From NCBI GenBank assembly GCA_902464015.1, contig CABQHM010000010.1:345-64344 (forward strand): DNA of 64,000 nt, in the 5' to 3' direction. Below the pieces are notes generated by a model that was given only the letters and a program-made list of their open reading frames with translations, was not told the DNA's origin and ran no database searches. The translations under genes were made by a program, and so were the position numbers. The DNA comes from an uncultured Coriobacteriales bacterium. GTDB taxonomy: Bacteria; Actinomycetota; Coriobacteriia; Coriobacteriales; UMGS124. Positions 63,673-64,000 of the stretch are shown one piece after another. Every line of letters starts with the position of its first letter. Position 1 is the first letter of the stretch.

Positions 63673-64000
63673 ATGGCTGAACTTACGCGTCGCAGTTTCC
63701 TGGCAGGCAGTGGCATGGCAGTCGCCGGGGCAGTGGCCGCAACCGGCATGGCCGCCGCGGGCGGGGCCGACCGCGCCTATGCCGACGAGCAAGCCGCGGA
63801 GGGCCGCGTGTACCAGGTCATCACCGACGAGCTCAACCCGCAGGACTACAACTACCGCCAGAACTCGGGAGACCTGTCCCACGTGCTGTCGCCGTGGAAG
63901 CTGGGGAACATGGAGTTCTCCAACCGCATCGTGAAGTCGGCGGCCGGGTCCAACTACGAGAACGGCGGCTGGGACAAGTTCGTGGAGTACTACCGCCGCC
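63673..64000 (+). CDS. Tat-signal OYE / 2,4-dienoyl-CoA-reductase-like flavoenzyme (5' part, runs off the window)
   Basis: MAELTRRSFLAGSGMAVAGAVAATGMAAAGGA. LSPWKLGNMEFSNRIVKSAAGS parallels FSPWHLGKLELSHRMVKSAAGS of 54041-56320. GGGAGAAGG RBS. Confidence 0.8.
   Translation, partial: MAELTRRSFLAGSGMAVAGAVAATGMAAAGGADRAYADEQAAEGRVYQVITDELNPQDYNYRQNSGDLSHVLSPWKLGNMEFSNRIVKSAAGSNYENGGWDKFVEYYRR

Overview
The window is clearly GC-rich and densely coding, with no rRNA, tRNA, CRISPR array, transposase, integrase or prophage genes that I can recognise. The gene content looks like a Coriobacteriia / Eggerthellaceae-type chromosome; this is an inference from gene families and composition, not a database hit. 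The dominant theme is a repeated module. A gene for a polytopic-membrane LuxR/GerE-type regulator sits next to a gene for a twin-arginine (Tat) signal-bearing flavoenzyme. There are 8 such regulators, of which one is frameshifted and one is a C-terminal fragment. There are 10 reductases: 7 intact and 1 truncated of the FAD_binding_2 fumarate-reductase type, three of which carry FMN_bind domains with flavinylation motifs, plus 2 of the Old-Yellow-Enzyme / 2,4-dienoyl-CoA-reductase type. Two of the flavoreductases are each followed by a HemN/HemW-like gene that has lost the radical-SAM CxxxCxxC motif; I consider this duplicated two-gene module the best candidate for an undescribed system. Other content is as follows. 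There is an RND efflux pump with a coiled-coil insertion, two GGDEF cyclases and an NTF2-LytTR regulator. There is a SufC/SufBD-like pair, a NifX-like/ArsR pair and two LysR regulators. There is a 1143-aa CAP-Big_2-PASTA-Big_4 surface protein, a DUF1846 protein, and a Zn-ribbon gene next to a nucleoside 2-deoxyribosyltransferase gene. There is also a metal-uptake island made of AraC, an esterase, a Fec-type ABC transporter and a COG0523 GTPase. The non-coding DNA holds several unexplained repeat families. One is a 27-bp palindrome-containing unit arrayed at a 41-bp period at two loci. One is a 121-bp element with 14-bp terminal inverted repeats, present twice. One is a triple 27-bp hairpin array at a 32-bp period, and one is a 45-bp tandem repeat. 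Many long ORFs in the supplied track are antisense shadows of real genes and were rejected.
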